Below the pieces are notes generated by a model. That model saw only the letters and a program-made list of their open reading frames with translations. It was not told the DNA's origin and did not search any database. This document shows positions 35,615-44,223 of a DNA stretch of 64,000 nt, one piece after another (positions within the stretch are counted from its first letter, which is position 1; each line of letters begins with the position of its first letter). The translations under genes were made by a program, and so were the position numbers. Origin of the DNA: Candidatus Pacearchaeota archaeon (GTDB lineage Archaea; Nanobdellota; Nanobdellia; Pacearchaeales; GW2011-AR1); NCBI GenBank assembly GCA_002688415.1, contig NZCX01000021.1:6660-70659 (forward strand), written 5' to 3'.

Positions 35615-36334
35615 ATGGAAGAAAAACAATTCGTAGGCGTAAGAAAAGATGAATACAACATCAAGCAGTTCGTAAAGAGAATGTTTGGAAAAGGAATCGT
35701 CTCAAAAGTAAAGATCGAGTATACTCCAGTAGGAGAAAAAATCATCGTTTCAACACATAAGCCAGGGTTTGTTATAGGTAAAAAAGGAGAAAAGATTGCA
35801 AGCCTAACAACATTCCTAAAGAAAAAATTCAAAATGGAAAATCCTCATGTAGATATAGAAGAGATAACACATCCAGAATTTGATGCACAAATTGTTGCAG
35901 ACGATCTTGCAGTAACCCTTGAAAGATTTGGTTCCATGAAATATAAATCAGCAAGCTATAGAGCATTATCAAGAATAAAGCAAAAAGGAGCACAGGGAGC
36001 AGAATTAAGAGTAACCGGCAAGCTACCGAGCGATAGGGCAAGGAGTTGGAGATTCTCTTTCGGATATTTAAAGAAAACAGGAGATGCAGCAAAAGCTGTC
36101 GACAGAGCAGAGGCTGTAGCCGAAACAAAGAAGGGAATTGTTGGGATAAAGGTAGCAATTCTTGCACCAAACGTTAAAATGGCAGATCAAATCGAAGTTA
36201 ATGAAGAACTCTTAGAAGAGATAAAGAAAAATGCTTCAACAGTCGAGGACGTTGAGGAGATTATCAAGAAAAAGAAAGTTGCAAAAAAGACAAGAAAGAA
36301 AACAACTAAAAAGGTAAAAAAGGACAAAGAATAA
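35615..36334 (+). CDS. rps3: 30S ribosomal protein S3 (uS3)
   Basis: TPVGEKI, PGFVIGKKG KH domain, GAEL.VTGKL, GIKV.I. Confidence 0.97.
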   Translation: MEEKQFVGVRKDEYNIKQFVKRMFGKGIVSKVKIEYTPVGEKIIVSTHKPGFVIGKKGEKIASLTTFLKKKFKMENPHVDIEEITHPEFDAQIVADDLAVTLERFGSMKYKSASYRALSRIKQKGAQGAELRVTGKLPSDRARSWRFSFGYLKKTGDAAKAVDRAEAVAETKKGIVGIKVAILAPNVKMADQIEVNEELLEEIKKNASTVEDVEEIIKKKKVAKKTRKKTTKKVKKDKE

Positions 36335-36335
36335 T

Positions 36336-36551
36336 ATGGCAGAAGAAAAGAAAGCACCAGAAAAACCAGTTAAGAAAGTTGAAGAAAAACCAAAGAAAGC
36401 TGCAAAGCCGAAAAAAGGAAACGATGCTAAATTGAAAGAACTAAAAATAGAATTATTAAAAAGTCCTACAAAAAAGAAAAGGATTAAAAAGGAAATTGCG
36501 AGGATATTAACAGAACTTAAAACTCAAAATAAATCGGAGGAATCTAAATAA
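36336..36551 (+). CDS. rpl29: 50S ribosomal protein L29 (divergent)
   Basis: ELKIELLK...IKKEIARILT; canonical position after S3. Confidence 0.75.
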   Translation: MAEEKKAPEKPVKKVEEKPKKAAKPKKGNDAKLKELKIELLKSPTKKKRIKKEIARILTELKTQNKSEESK

Positions 36552-36552
36552 A

Positions 36553-36852
36553 GTGGATATTTGTCCCAAGTGTGGATTACCAAAAGAAGCCTGTGTCTGT
36601 GACGAAATTGCAAAGACTCAACAACAAATTGAAGTCAAGCTCGATAAAAGAAGGTTCGGAAAAATCACGACCATTGTAACAGGATTCGATAAGGATGTCG
36701 ATATCAAGGCCATCGCAAAAACTCTTAAGGCGAAGAGAGCATGCGGCGGAACAGTAAAAAATAATGCGGTAGAATTACAAGGAAACCACAGGGGCCACAT
36801 AACAAAGATCCTCGAAGAACTAGGATTCAATAAGGATCAAATAAAAGAATAA
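36553..36852 (+). CDS. sui1: Translation initiation factor SUI1/aIF1
   Basis: CPKCGLP...C.C, RRFGKITT, ACGGTVK, ELQGNH. GTG start. Confidence 0.95.
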   Translation: MDICPKCGLPKEACVCDEIAKTQQQIEVKLDKRRFGKITTIVTGFDKDVDIKAIAKTLKAKRACGGTVKNNAVELQGNHRGHITKILEELGFNKDQIKE

Positions 36853-36853
36853 A

Positions 36854-37204
36854 ATGGTAACAAAGAAAGCAACAAAAACTAAAGAGAAGAAGGCTAGTCC
36901 TACTTGCGAGGATAAGTTTTGCCCAGTTCACGGAGAACAAAAGCTGAGAAGAAGAGGAAGGGTTTTTGAGGGAACAGTAATCAAGAAACTACCGGGCAGA
37001 GTAACTATACAATTCGAGAGAATACTAAAACTTTCAAAATATGAGCGTTATGAAAAAAGAAAAACAAAGATTCACGCGAGACTTCCAGATTGTATGGCTG
37101 ACGAAGTGAGCGTAGGAGATCTTATCGAAGTTGCGGAAACAAGGCCGATTAGCAAGATGATTCACACGGTTGTAACCAAAACTAAAAAGGAGAGCAAAAA
37201 ATGA
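36854..37204 (+). CDS. rps17: 30S ribosomal protein S17 (uS17)
   Basis: CEDKFCPVHG, KYERYEKR, GD...ETRPISK. Confidence 0.97.
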   Translation: MVTKKATKTKEKKASPTCEDKFCPVHGEQKLRRRGRVFEGTVIKKLPGRVTIQFERILKLSKYERYEKRKTKIHARLPDCMADEVSVGDLIEVAETRPISKMIHTVVTKTKKESKK

Positions 37205-37527
37205 ATAATTTAACAAATATAAGTGATCTAGAGAATTACAGCCCAGGGGACAAGGTACAAATCAATGGAGAAGTTGGAGTATATGTTGGATTAACGGAAA
37301 TCGGAAGCCCGAGGATGCACCCAGCAAGAAAATGTCCAGTCGTTATAAATATTATTGGTGAGAGAACACATGAAACCACCTATAACGCCACACCAGAAGG
37401 AAAACTGGGCGTTTTACAGGCGACAATGGGAGGAGGAGATATCACAGTTTCCTCTTTGACAATAAGGGGAACAACCGATAAAGATCGAGAATTAGCCGAG
37501 AGAACCATGCCGGGGGTAGCAGCATGA
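37201..37527 (+). CDS. Orphan 108-aa protein between S17 and L14
   Basis: ATGA overlaps with both neighbours; PGDKVQI SH3/KOW-like start; no family recognised. Confidence 0.7.
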   Translation: MNNLTNISDLENYSPGDKVQINGEVGVYVGLTEIGSPRMHPARKCPVVINIIGERTHETTYNATPEGKLGVLQATMGGGDITVSSLTIRGTTDKDRELAERTMPGVAA

Positions 37528-37925
37528 AACCAGTATCTGGAAAACCAACAAGATCTTTGAATATCGGAAGCTTACTGGAAGCAGCAGATAATAGCGGAGC
37601 AAGGATCGTAAGGCTTGTTTCTATAAAGCATGGTAAAACAAAGAAAGGAAGACAGGGGTATGCAAAGATTGCAGATTGGGTAAAAGTTTCAGTAAGAAAG
37701 GGAGATCCAAAGATGAAGGGAGAAGTTTTCGACGCAGTTGTTGTAAGACAAAAGAAGCCATGGAGAAGACTTACCGGAGAAAGGATTTGTTTTAACGATA
37801 ACGCAGTAGCTTTATTAAAAGACGAAAAAGGAAACCCGAAAGGAACGCAGATTAAGGGCCCAATAGCAAGAGAAGTTCAAGAAAGATTCAAGGAGGTTGC
37901 GAAAATCGCAAGTATAGTATATTAA
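37524..37925 (+). CDS. rpl14: 50S ribosomal protein L14 (uL14)
   Basis: ADNSGAR, AVVVRQKK, FNDNA, KGTQIKGPIARE. Confidence 0.97.
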   Translation: MKPVSGKPTRSLNIGSLLEAADNSGARIVRLVSIKHGKTKKGRQGYAKIADWVKVSVRKGDPKMKGEVFDAVVVRQKKPWRRLTGERICFNDNAVALLKDEKGNPKGTQIKGPIAREVQERFKEVAKIASIVY

Positions 37926-37926
37926 A

Positions 37927-38100
37927 ATGAATAAGGCATATTCAACAATACGGCAAGCAGGGATTGCTTTTGAAAAAGGAGATACAGAAAAGGCAAAAAA
38001 TCTATATTCCGAAGCACTAAGGCACAACCCTTCGGAAGTTGGAAGAGACGTAATTAATACAGGTTTAAGGTGTTGCAGGCTTGTGGAGGCAAGAGCATAG
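37927..38100 (+). CDS. Orphan 57-aa TPR-like ORF between L14 and L24
   Basis: Manual translation MNKAYSTIRQAGIAFEKGDTEKAKNLYSEALRHNPSEVGRDVINTGLRCCRLVEARA; one TPR-like unit (A-x3-G-x4-A-x3-Y-x2-AL-x3-P). Confidence 0.65.
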   Translation: MNKAYSTIRQAGIAFEKGDTEKAKNLYSEALRHNPSEVGRDVINTGLRCCRLVEARA

Positions 38101-38106
38101 CATAAA

Positions 38107-38526
38107 ATGAGATCATTATTTAACAAAACATGGAATAGCAGCGTTCAACCTAGAAAGCAAAGAAAATATCTAGCAAATGCACCAAATCATCTTAGGCAAA
38201 AACTACTTTCAGCAATATTAGATAGAGAACTAAGAACTAAGCACGGGATAAGATCAATTGCTATTAGAAAAAACGATGAAGTGAAGGTGATGAGAGGAAA
38301 GTTCTCCAAGAAGCAAGGAAAAGTTTTAGCAGTAAGTCTTAGGGACGCAAGAGTCCAGGTTGAAGGAATAGAAATAGCTAAGAAAAGTGGAGACAAGATA
38401 GCGGTTTGGCTAAGGCCATCAAATTTAAAAATCATAAAACTAGATGACAGCGACAAGAAAAGACTGAAAAATGTAAAAAAAGAAGTCAAAAAAGAAACTA
38501 AACCAAAAACACCGGAGAAAAAATAA
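38107..38526 (+). CDS. rpl24: 50S ribosomal protein L24 (uL24)
   Basis: SVQPRKQRK, DEVKVMRG KOW, PSNL.I.KL. Confidence 0.97.
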   Translation: MRSLFNKTWNSSVQPRKQRKYLANAPNHLRQKLLSAILDRELRTKHGIRSIAIRKNDEVKVMRGKFSKKQGKVLAVSLRDARVQVEGIEIAKKSGDKIAVWLRPSNLKIIKLDDSDKKRLKNVKKEVKKETKPKTPEKK

Positions 38527-38527
38527 A

Positions 38528-39184
38528 ATGCACACAAAAAGATCAAAAATGCCAAAATCTTGGCCAGTTCCAAGAAAGACAAAAGCAAAGAGATTCGTGG
38601 CAATGCCAAACCACTCAAAACAAAACTCACTAAATCTTCTTTTCGTATTAAGAGACATACTAGGATTCGCAAAAACGAGAAAGGAAGCAAAGCACATCCT
38701 TCACAATGGAGACGTAAAGGTAAATAGTAAAGTAAGAAAAGCAGAAGAATTCCCAGTACAAATTTTAGACACAATTTCATTAGAAAAAATAGATAAATAC
38801 TACAGACTGGAGATTGTAAATAGAAGGTTCCTACTTAAAGAAATCAAAAAATCAGAAGTAGAAACAAAAATAGTAAAAATTATTGGAAAGATAACATTAG
38901 GAAAAAATAAAATTCAAATGAACTTAGCAGATGGAACGAATATGTTGTCAAAAGTCAAATTCAACCTTGGAGATTCTGCAGTCTTAAACACAGCCAAAAA
39001 CACAGTAGAAAAAGTACTTCCACTTAAGCAAAAAGCAAAAGTTGAAATCATTTCTGGGAAACACGCAGGTGAAAAAGGTGAAGTGTCAGAAATTATACAA
39101 CTTAGTAGAGAAAAAGTCTATAAAATTAAATTAGAAAAAGGCGAAGTAAGCCTGCCGTTCAAAACGGTATTAGTAATAGGATAA
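38528..39184 (+). CDS. rps4e: 30S ribosomal protein S4e
   Basis: H.KR...P.SW, LRDILG, QMNLADG, GKHAGEKG. Confidence 0.96.
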   Translation: MHTKRSKMPKSWPVPRKTKAKRFVAMPNHSKQNSLNLLFVLRDILGFAKTRKEAKHILHNGDVKVNSKVRKAEEFPVQILDTISLEKIDKYYRLEIVNRRFLLKEIKKSEVETKIVKIIGKITLGKNKIQMNLADGTNMLSKVKFNLGDSAVLNTAKNTVEKVLPLKQKAKVEIISGKHAGEKGEVSEIIQLSREKVYKIKLEKGEVSLPFKTVLVIG

Positions 39185-39185
39185 A

Positions 39186-39734
39186 ATGGCAGAAGAAACA
39201 AAACCAAAAATTGAAAAAGAAACCAAGAAAAACAAGATGAAAGAATTCAAGTTAGAAAAAGTAATCTTAAATATAGGAGCGACCGGAGAAGAGCTAGAAA
39301 AAGGAGTAATTCTTTTAGAAACAATAAGTGGGAAAAAGGCAGTTAAGCTAAAAGCAGTAAAAAGGATTCCATCGTGGTCTGTTCGTCCAGGAATGGAAGT
39401 GGGAGTGAAGGTTACATTAAGAGGAAAGGATGCGATAGAGATGATTAAAAAACTACTTCCAGCACTTGACAATGAAATTAAAGAAAAACAAGTACAGAAA
39501 AACTTCTTTAGCTTTGGGATCCATGAATATATCGAAATTCCAGGAGTAGAGTACATTAGAGAAGTAGGTATTATGGGATTTGAAGCGACTGCTGTGTTCA
39601 CAAGACCTGGAAAACATGTAGAAAAAAGAAAAGTGGGAAGAGGGAAAACAAAAAGGCAAGCAGTATCAAAAGAAGAAATCATAAAATACTTAGAAGATAA
39701 CTTTAAAACTAAAATTATGCGAGGTAAAAGATGA
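39186..39734 (+). CDS. rpl5: 50S ribosomal protein L5 (uL5)
   Basis: EKVILNIG, GVKVTLRG, FSFGIHEYIEIPG. Confidence 0.97.
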   Translation: MAEETKPKIEKETKKNKMKEFKLEKVILNIGATGEELEKGVILLETISGKKAVKLKAVKRIPSWSVRPGMEVGVKVTLRGKDAIEMIKKLLPALDNEIKEKQVQKNFFSFGIHEYIEIPGVEYIREVGIMGFEATAVFTRPGKHVEKRKVGRGKTKRQAVSKEEIIKYLEDNFKTKIMRGKR

Positions 39735-39961
39735 CAGCAAGCGACTGGAGAAAGATAACTAAGCAGTTAAGAAATAAGCCTTCGATATTAAAGAAGTTTT
39801 TAAAGCACAACAAGCCGAAGCAGAGAAAGTTCGGAGTAGCAGCACAAAGATGCGAAGTTTGTGGAAGACATGGGGCACACCTTAGCCAATACAATCTAAA
39901 TTTATGCAGGCACTGCTTTAGGGAGCTTGCGGTTGAACTAGGGTTCAAGAAATACAGTTAG
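39731..39961 (+). CDS. rps14: 30S ribosomal protein S14 (uS14, Zn-type)
   Basis: CEVCG...LCRHCFRE.A..LGFKKY. Confidence 0.97.
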   Translation: MTASDWRKITKQLRNKPSILKKFLKHNKPKQRKFGVAAQRCEVCGRHGAHLSQYNLNLCRHCFRELAVELGFKKYS

Positions 39962-39969
39962 GAGTTAAA

Positions 39970-40347
39970 ATGAGTCAAGATATAATTTCAGATAGCTTAA
40001 ACCAACTAATGAATGCAAAGAGAGTTGGGAAGAAAGAAGTAGTACTACAGAGATACTCGAAAGTACTTTTGAGTGTTTTAGAAATAATGAAACAGAAAGG
40101 CGCAATTGATTACACGCTAAACGAAGAAGAAAAAGTTTTGAAAATTAAGATTCTAAAGTTAAACGAATGTCGTTCCGTAAAGCCGAGGTACTACTCTGGA
40201 TACCAAAGCATTAACAAATACCTAAGGCGATTCTTACCGTCAAGAAACCTAGGGTCCCTAATAATTTCAACAAACCAAGGTATGCTAACACACCAAGAAG
40301 CAATCGCAAATAAAGTTGGAGGAAGCCTAATCGCTTATTTCTATTAA
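39970..40347 (+). CDS. rps8: 30S ribosomal protein S8 (uS8)
   Basis: KPRY, FLPSR.LG..IISTNQG.LTH.EA...GG.LIAY.Y. Confidence 0.97.
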   Translation: MSQDIISDSLNQLMNAKRVGKKEVVLQRYSKVLLSVLEIMKQKGAIDYTLNEEEKVLKIKILKLNECRSVKPRYYSGYQSINKYLRRFLPSRNLGSLIISTNQGMLTHQEAIANKVGGSLIAYFY

Positions 40348-40889
40348 TGAAAAAGAAACTAGAACGAACAGTTGATCTTCCAGAAGGATTTACATCAGAG
40401 ATCAAGGGTAATACGATAAAACTTAAAGGGAATTCAAAAGAGACAGAAAGAGACTTCGACCTTGGAAAGGTTTTAGTTAAACAAGAAGGCAATAAAATTA
40501 CTATCTCTTGCGAGAAAGCAACAAGAAGAGAAGCGGCCACAATAGGGACGACACAAGCACATCTTCAGAATATGATCAGGGGATTGAGTGAAGGATTCAC
40601 ATATAAGCTAGAAATCTGTAATGTACATTTCCCAATGAACGTAAAAGCAGAAGGGAACAAAGTTACTATCAAATCTTATCTTGGAGAAAAGAAAGATAGA
40701 GAAGCAAAGATAGAAGATGGATCAAAAGTAGAGATTAAAGGAACAGAGATAACTGTAACTTCCGATGACATAGAAAAGGCCGGGCAAACAGCTGCCAATT
40801 TAGAAAAAGCAACAAAACTAAAGGGAAGAGACAGAAGAATATTCCAAGACGGAATCTTTATTACTGAGAAAAATGGGAGAAAAATATAA
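40347..40889 (+). CDS. rpl6: 50S ribosomal protein L6 (uL6)
   Basis: HLQNMIRG, HFPM, GQTAANLE, DRRIFQDGIFI. Confidence 0.97.
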   Translation: MKKKLERTVDLPEGFTSEIKGNTIKLKGNSKETERDFDLGKVLVKQEGNKITISCEKATRREAATIGTTQAHLQNMIRGLSEGFTYKLEICNVHFPMNVKAEGNKVTIKSYLGEKKDREAKIEDGSKVEIKGTEITVTSDDIEKAGQTAANLEKATKLKGRDRRIFQDGIFITEKNGRKI

Positions 40890-41272
40890 TGGCAGAAGAA
40901 AAGAAACCAGCAAAGAGAAAAGTTCCAACTTTCTTAAGAAATGATTGGCATAAGAAAATCAAATTAGGCAGAACTGTGAAGAAAAAAAGAAAGTGGCGAG
41001 GAGCAAAGGGAAGACAAAACAAGATTAGGCTAGGAAAAGCAGGACATCCACCAAGACCAAAAATAGGATATAGTCAACCTTCCAGTATTCGTAGAAAAAT
41101 TGAAGGAGAAGATTTTGTTAGAGTTGAAAACTTAAAACAACTAGATGCTCTGAAAAAAGGAGATTCAATAATCGTAGCAAGTATTGGTGCAAAAAAGAAA
41201 AAATTAATACTTGACGAAGCAAAAAAGAAGGAAATCAAGATTTTAAATAAATATATGGATAAGAAAAAATGA
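40889..41272 (+). CDS. rpl32e: 50S ribosomal protein L32e
   Basis: P.FLR, WRGAKG..NK.R, PKIGY. Confidence 0.95.
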   Translation: MAEEKKPAKRKVPTFLRNDWHKKIKLGRTVKKKRKWRGAKGRQNKIRLGKAGHPPRPKIGYSQPSSIRRKIEGEDFVRVENLKQLDALKKGDSIIVASIGAKKKKLILDEAKKKEIKILNKYMDKKK

Positions 41273-41664
41273 ATTTAGCAAAAAAGAAAGTCTTAGCGGC
41301 AAAAGTTTTGAAAGTTGGGAAGAATAGAATCTTCTTTGCAAACGAAAATCTGTCAGAAATCAAGGAAGCAATAACAAGGCAAGATATTACAGACCTATAC
41401 AACGCAGGAGCAATCCAGATAAAAGAAGTTTCAGGGAGAAAGAAGATAGTAAAAAGAAAACATAGAAGGAGAATTGGTAAGGTGAAGAATAAGACAAACA
41501 CAAGGAAAAGAGAATACGTTATAATTACAAGAAAACTAAGAAAGCTAATCAAACATCTTTCAAGGACGGGAAAGATAGATAAAGAGACATATAGACAAAC
41601 AAGAAAGCAGATTAGAGCGAGAAAATTCAGAAGTAAAAGACATCTTAAGGAGCATTTAGAATAA
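41269..41664 (+). CDS. rpl19e: 50S ribosomal protein L19e
   Basis: LAAKVLKVG.NRI, AITRQDI, RKLR. Confidence 0.95.
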   Translation: MNLAKKKVLAAKVLKVGKNRIFFANENLSEIKEAITRQDITDLYNAGAIQIKEVSGRKKIVKRKHRRRIGKVKNKTNTRKREYVIITRKLRKLIKHLSRTGKIDKETYRQTRKQIRARKFRSKRHLKEHLE

Positions 41665-42152
41665 TGGTAGGATTAAGAACACAAAAGAAAAGACGAAGAC
41701 AAGCGAAGACGGACTACAAACTTAGGTTAAACCTTCTAAAGTCTGAAACAGCACGAATCGTAATAAGAAGAACAAACAAATACTTTATTGCGCAAGTAAC
41801 AGAAAGTCACGAATCACAAGACAAAGTTCTCATGACAGTTAGCTCAAAAGATTTAATAAAAAATGGATGGGACGAAAAAATGAAAGGATCATTAAAGAGT
41901 GTGCCAGCAGGATACCTAACTGGATTACTATTAGCAAAAAAACTTGATGACAAGAAATACATTGTAGATTTGGGAATGGCAAGAACAATCCCAGGCAACA
42001 GGATCTTTTCGGTAATAAAAGGTCTTGTGGACGGCGGAGCAAAAATTAGTGTAAATGAAAAAATGTTCCCAAGTGAAGAGAGGATCCGAGGAGAACACTT
42101 AAAAGAAGAAGTCAAGACAATGACAAGTAAAGTAGCAGGAAAACTAAAATAA
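41664..42152 (+). CDS. rpl18: 50S ribosomal protein L18 (uL18)
   Basis: RRR..KTDY..RL.LL, R.TNKY...Q, YLTGLL. Confidence 0.96.
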   Translation: MVGLRTQKKRRRQAKTDYKLRLNLLKSETARIVIRRTNKYFIAQVTESHESQDKVLMTVSSKDLIKNGWDEKMKGSLKSVPAGYLTGLLLAKKLDDKKYIVDLGMARTIPGNRIFSVIKGLVDGGAKISVNEKMFPSEERIRGEHLKEEVKTMTSKVAGKLK

Positions 42153-42153
42153 A

Positions 42154-43065
42154 ATGGCAGAAACAAGTGAAGCAAAAAAGGAAATACAAGCTGAGGAAAT
42201 AGCAGAGAAAGAAATGGAAAAAGAAATTGAAGTATCTGAAAAAGTCGAAGAAAAAACTCCAGAAGAGCAGCTGAAAGAAATGAATAAGGCCGTAGAAAAA
42301 GTCGAAGAGAAAAAAGACGAAGAGATTTCTAAGAAGGCAGATGAGCAATTTAAAGTAGAAGAAGGCAGAGATCTAACTCCTCAACAAAGAAGGGAGCAAA
42401 GATTCGCAAGAGAAAAACAAGAAAGGTTAGACAACTGGGTTCCAAAAACAGAGCTTGGAAGAATGGTCAGAGCAGGAAAGATAAAAGATATAGACGAAAT
42501 ATTTAAAGAAGGTAAAAAAATAATGGAACCTCAAATTGTAGACCTTCTTCTGCCAAACTTACAAACAGATGTCCTATTTATTGGTCAATCAAAAGGTAAA
42601 TTCGGTGGTGGAAAGAGAAGAGCATTTAGGCAAACGCAGAAGGTAAACAAAGAAGGAGCTTCATTATCATTTGGCGTACTCGCAGTTGTCGGAGACGGAA
42701 AAGGGCATCTGGGACTAGGACTTGGAAAAGCAGGAGAAACCCTCCCGGCAAAAGAAAAAGCAATCAGAAAAGCAAAACTCGCAATGGCGAAAATCCCTAG
42801 AGGATGTGCAAGTTATGATTGTTCTTGCGATGAAGAGCATTCGGTTCCTATTTCAACAGAGGGCAAGTGTTCTTCTGTAACAGTAAAGCTAATGCCTGCT
42901 CCGCAAGGTACAGGATTGGTAGTAAGCGATGAGCTAAAGAAGATTATGAGAGCGGCGGGGATTAAAGATATATACTCTCATTGCGAAGGAAGAGTAAGAA
43001 CAACATTCAATACAGCAAAGGCATGCGTGATGGCTTTAAATAAATTAAATGACTTAAAATTATAA
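42154..43065 (+). CDS. rps5: 30S ribosomal protein S5 (uS5) with long acidic N-terminal extension
   Basis: WVPKTELGRMV, VVGDGKGH.G.G, PAPQGTGLV, AGIKDIYS. Confidence 0.96.
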   Translation: MAETSEAKKEIQAEEIAEKEMEKEIEVSEKVEEKTPEEQLKEMNKAVEKVEEKKDEEISKKADEQFKVEEGRDLTPQQRREQRFAREKQERLDNWVPKTELGRMVRAGKIKDIDEIFKEGKKIMEPQIVDLLLPNLQTDVLFIGQSKGKFGGGKRRAFRQTQKVNKEGASLSFGVLAVVGDGKGHLGLGLGKAGETLPAKEKAIRKAKLAMAKIPRGCASYDCSCDEEHSVPISTEGKCSSVTVKLMPAPQGTGLVVSDELKKIMRAAGIKDIYSHCEGRVRTTFNTAKACVMALNKLNDLKL

Positions 43066-43066
43066 A

Positions 43067-43351
43067 ATGGCAGAAGATAATGTGGTTAGCTATGATGGGA
43101 ACAACAAGGGAGTGACATTGTCAGGAGGCCAAAGGGGCGCGGTAATACAAAAGGGAAAAAACAGTGATCAATTACGAACATTTGAGGCAGTGAGAGCAAC
43201 AAGGGATAAGAACCATCTAGTAGTAGAAGTTCATAATTACATAGCCGGATCAATCGGAAAATACGCAAAGAGATTTCAGAAAGATATTTTTAGGCACTTG
43301 GCACCAGACACCTTCAGAAAGTATGAATCACAATTGGGGGCGGTGGCGTAA
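43067..43351 (+). CDS. Orphan 94-aa protein between S5 and L30
   Basis: Fills the S5-L30 gap with 1-nt spacers on both sides; no family recognised. Confidence 0.7.
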   Translation: MAEDNVVSYDGNNKGVTLSGGQRGAVIQKGKNSDQLRTFEAVRATRDKNHLVVEVHNYIAGSIGKYAKRFQKDIFRHLAPDTFRKYESQLGAVA

Positions 43352-43352
43352 G

Positions 43353-43700
43353 ATGGCAATATTAGTAATAAGAATAGCAGGAAGATGTAAGATGCAAAAG
43401 AAACACGAAGAAACTCTAAAAAGACTGAAGCTTCAAAAGAAGTATTCAGCAAGATTAATAGATGAAAAAGATAAGGTCAGAATTGGAATGGTTGAAAGCG
43501 TAATGGAAGAAGTAGCTTATGGAAAAATAGATGCAAAAGTTGAAAAAGAGATAAAAGAAAAGAGAGGCAAGAAAGATAGTGAAATATTCTTTTTACACCC
43601 GCCAAGAGGAGGATTCAAGAAATCCACCAAGGGAAGATATCCACGAGGAGTAAGAGGAAAAAATCCAGATATAGCTAAAATAGTGGGTAAAATGTTATAA
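43353..43700 (+). CDS. rpl30: 50S ribosomal protein L30 (uL30)
   Basis: VIRIAG, TLKRLKL, VAYG, FFLHPPRGGFK. Start at MAILV. Confidence 0.95.
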   Translation: MAILVIRIAGRCKMQKKHEETLKRLKLQKKYSARLIDEKDKVRIGMVESVMEEVAYGKIDAKVEKEIKEKRGKKDSEIFFLHPPRGGFKKSTKGRYPRGVRGKNPDIAKIVGKML

Positions 43701-43701
43701 A

Positions 43702-44175
43702 ATGAAAACACACAAAAGAAAAAAAAATTCAAGAATAAGAGGAGCAAGAACTGTCGGATGGGGCTTCCGTCAAAAACATAAGGGCCATGGTAATAAAGGT
43801 GGTGTAGGAATGGCGGGGACAGGTAAAAGAGCAGACCACAAAAAACAAGTAGCAAGAGAATCAGACAAGAAACACAAATACTTTGGGAAACAAGGAGCAA
43901 CGTCCAGAGGAACAAAGAGAACAAAGCAGTTAAAAATGAATCTTAGAGATATAAAAGAAAATTTATTCAAGAAAGAAGGGCAGAAAATAGACCTCAAGAA
44001 ACACATTATCTTAGGAAACGGAGAAGGATTCAAGGCAGAGATCACAGCGATTAAAGCCTCCAAGGCAGTAATTGAAAAGATGAAGAAGGCGGGCGGAAGC
44101 ATAATCCTGCCAACAAAGAAAGAAAAGAAAGTTGTTAAAAAACAAGAAAAAGAAATCAAAGAAAAGAAAGAATAA
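43702..44175 (+). CDS. rpl15: 50S ribosomal protein L15 (uL15)
   Basis: RGART.GWG, G.KGG.GMAG, YFGK.G, AS....EK...AGG. Confidence 0.96.
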   Translation: MKTHKRKKNSRIRGARTVGWGFRQKHKGHGNKGGVGMAGTGKRADHKKQVARESDKKHKYFGKQGATSRGTKRTKQLKMNLRDIKENLFKKEGQKIDLKKHIILGNGEGFKAEITAIKASKAVIEKMKKAGGSIILPTKKEKKVVKKQEKEIKEKKE

Positions 44176-44223
44176 TTCTAAATCACCTCAAACTTTATAA
44201 ACCAAATTTCCCGAATATAAATC

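Noticed and set aside
37201..37527. Orphan as a displaced RNase P protein Rpp29
   Set aside because: It is on the wrong side of rps17 and lacks a recognisable HELIG/ET.N pattern; only a vague beta-barrel resemblance.
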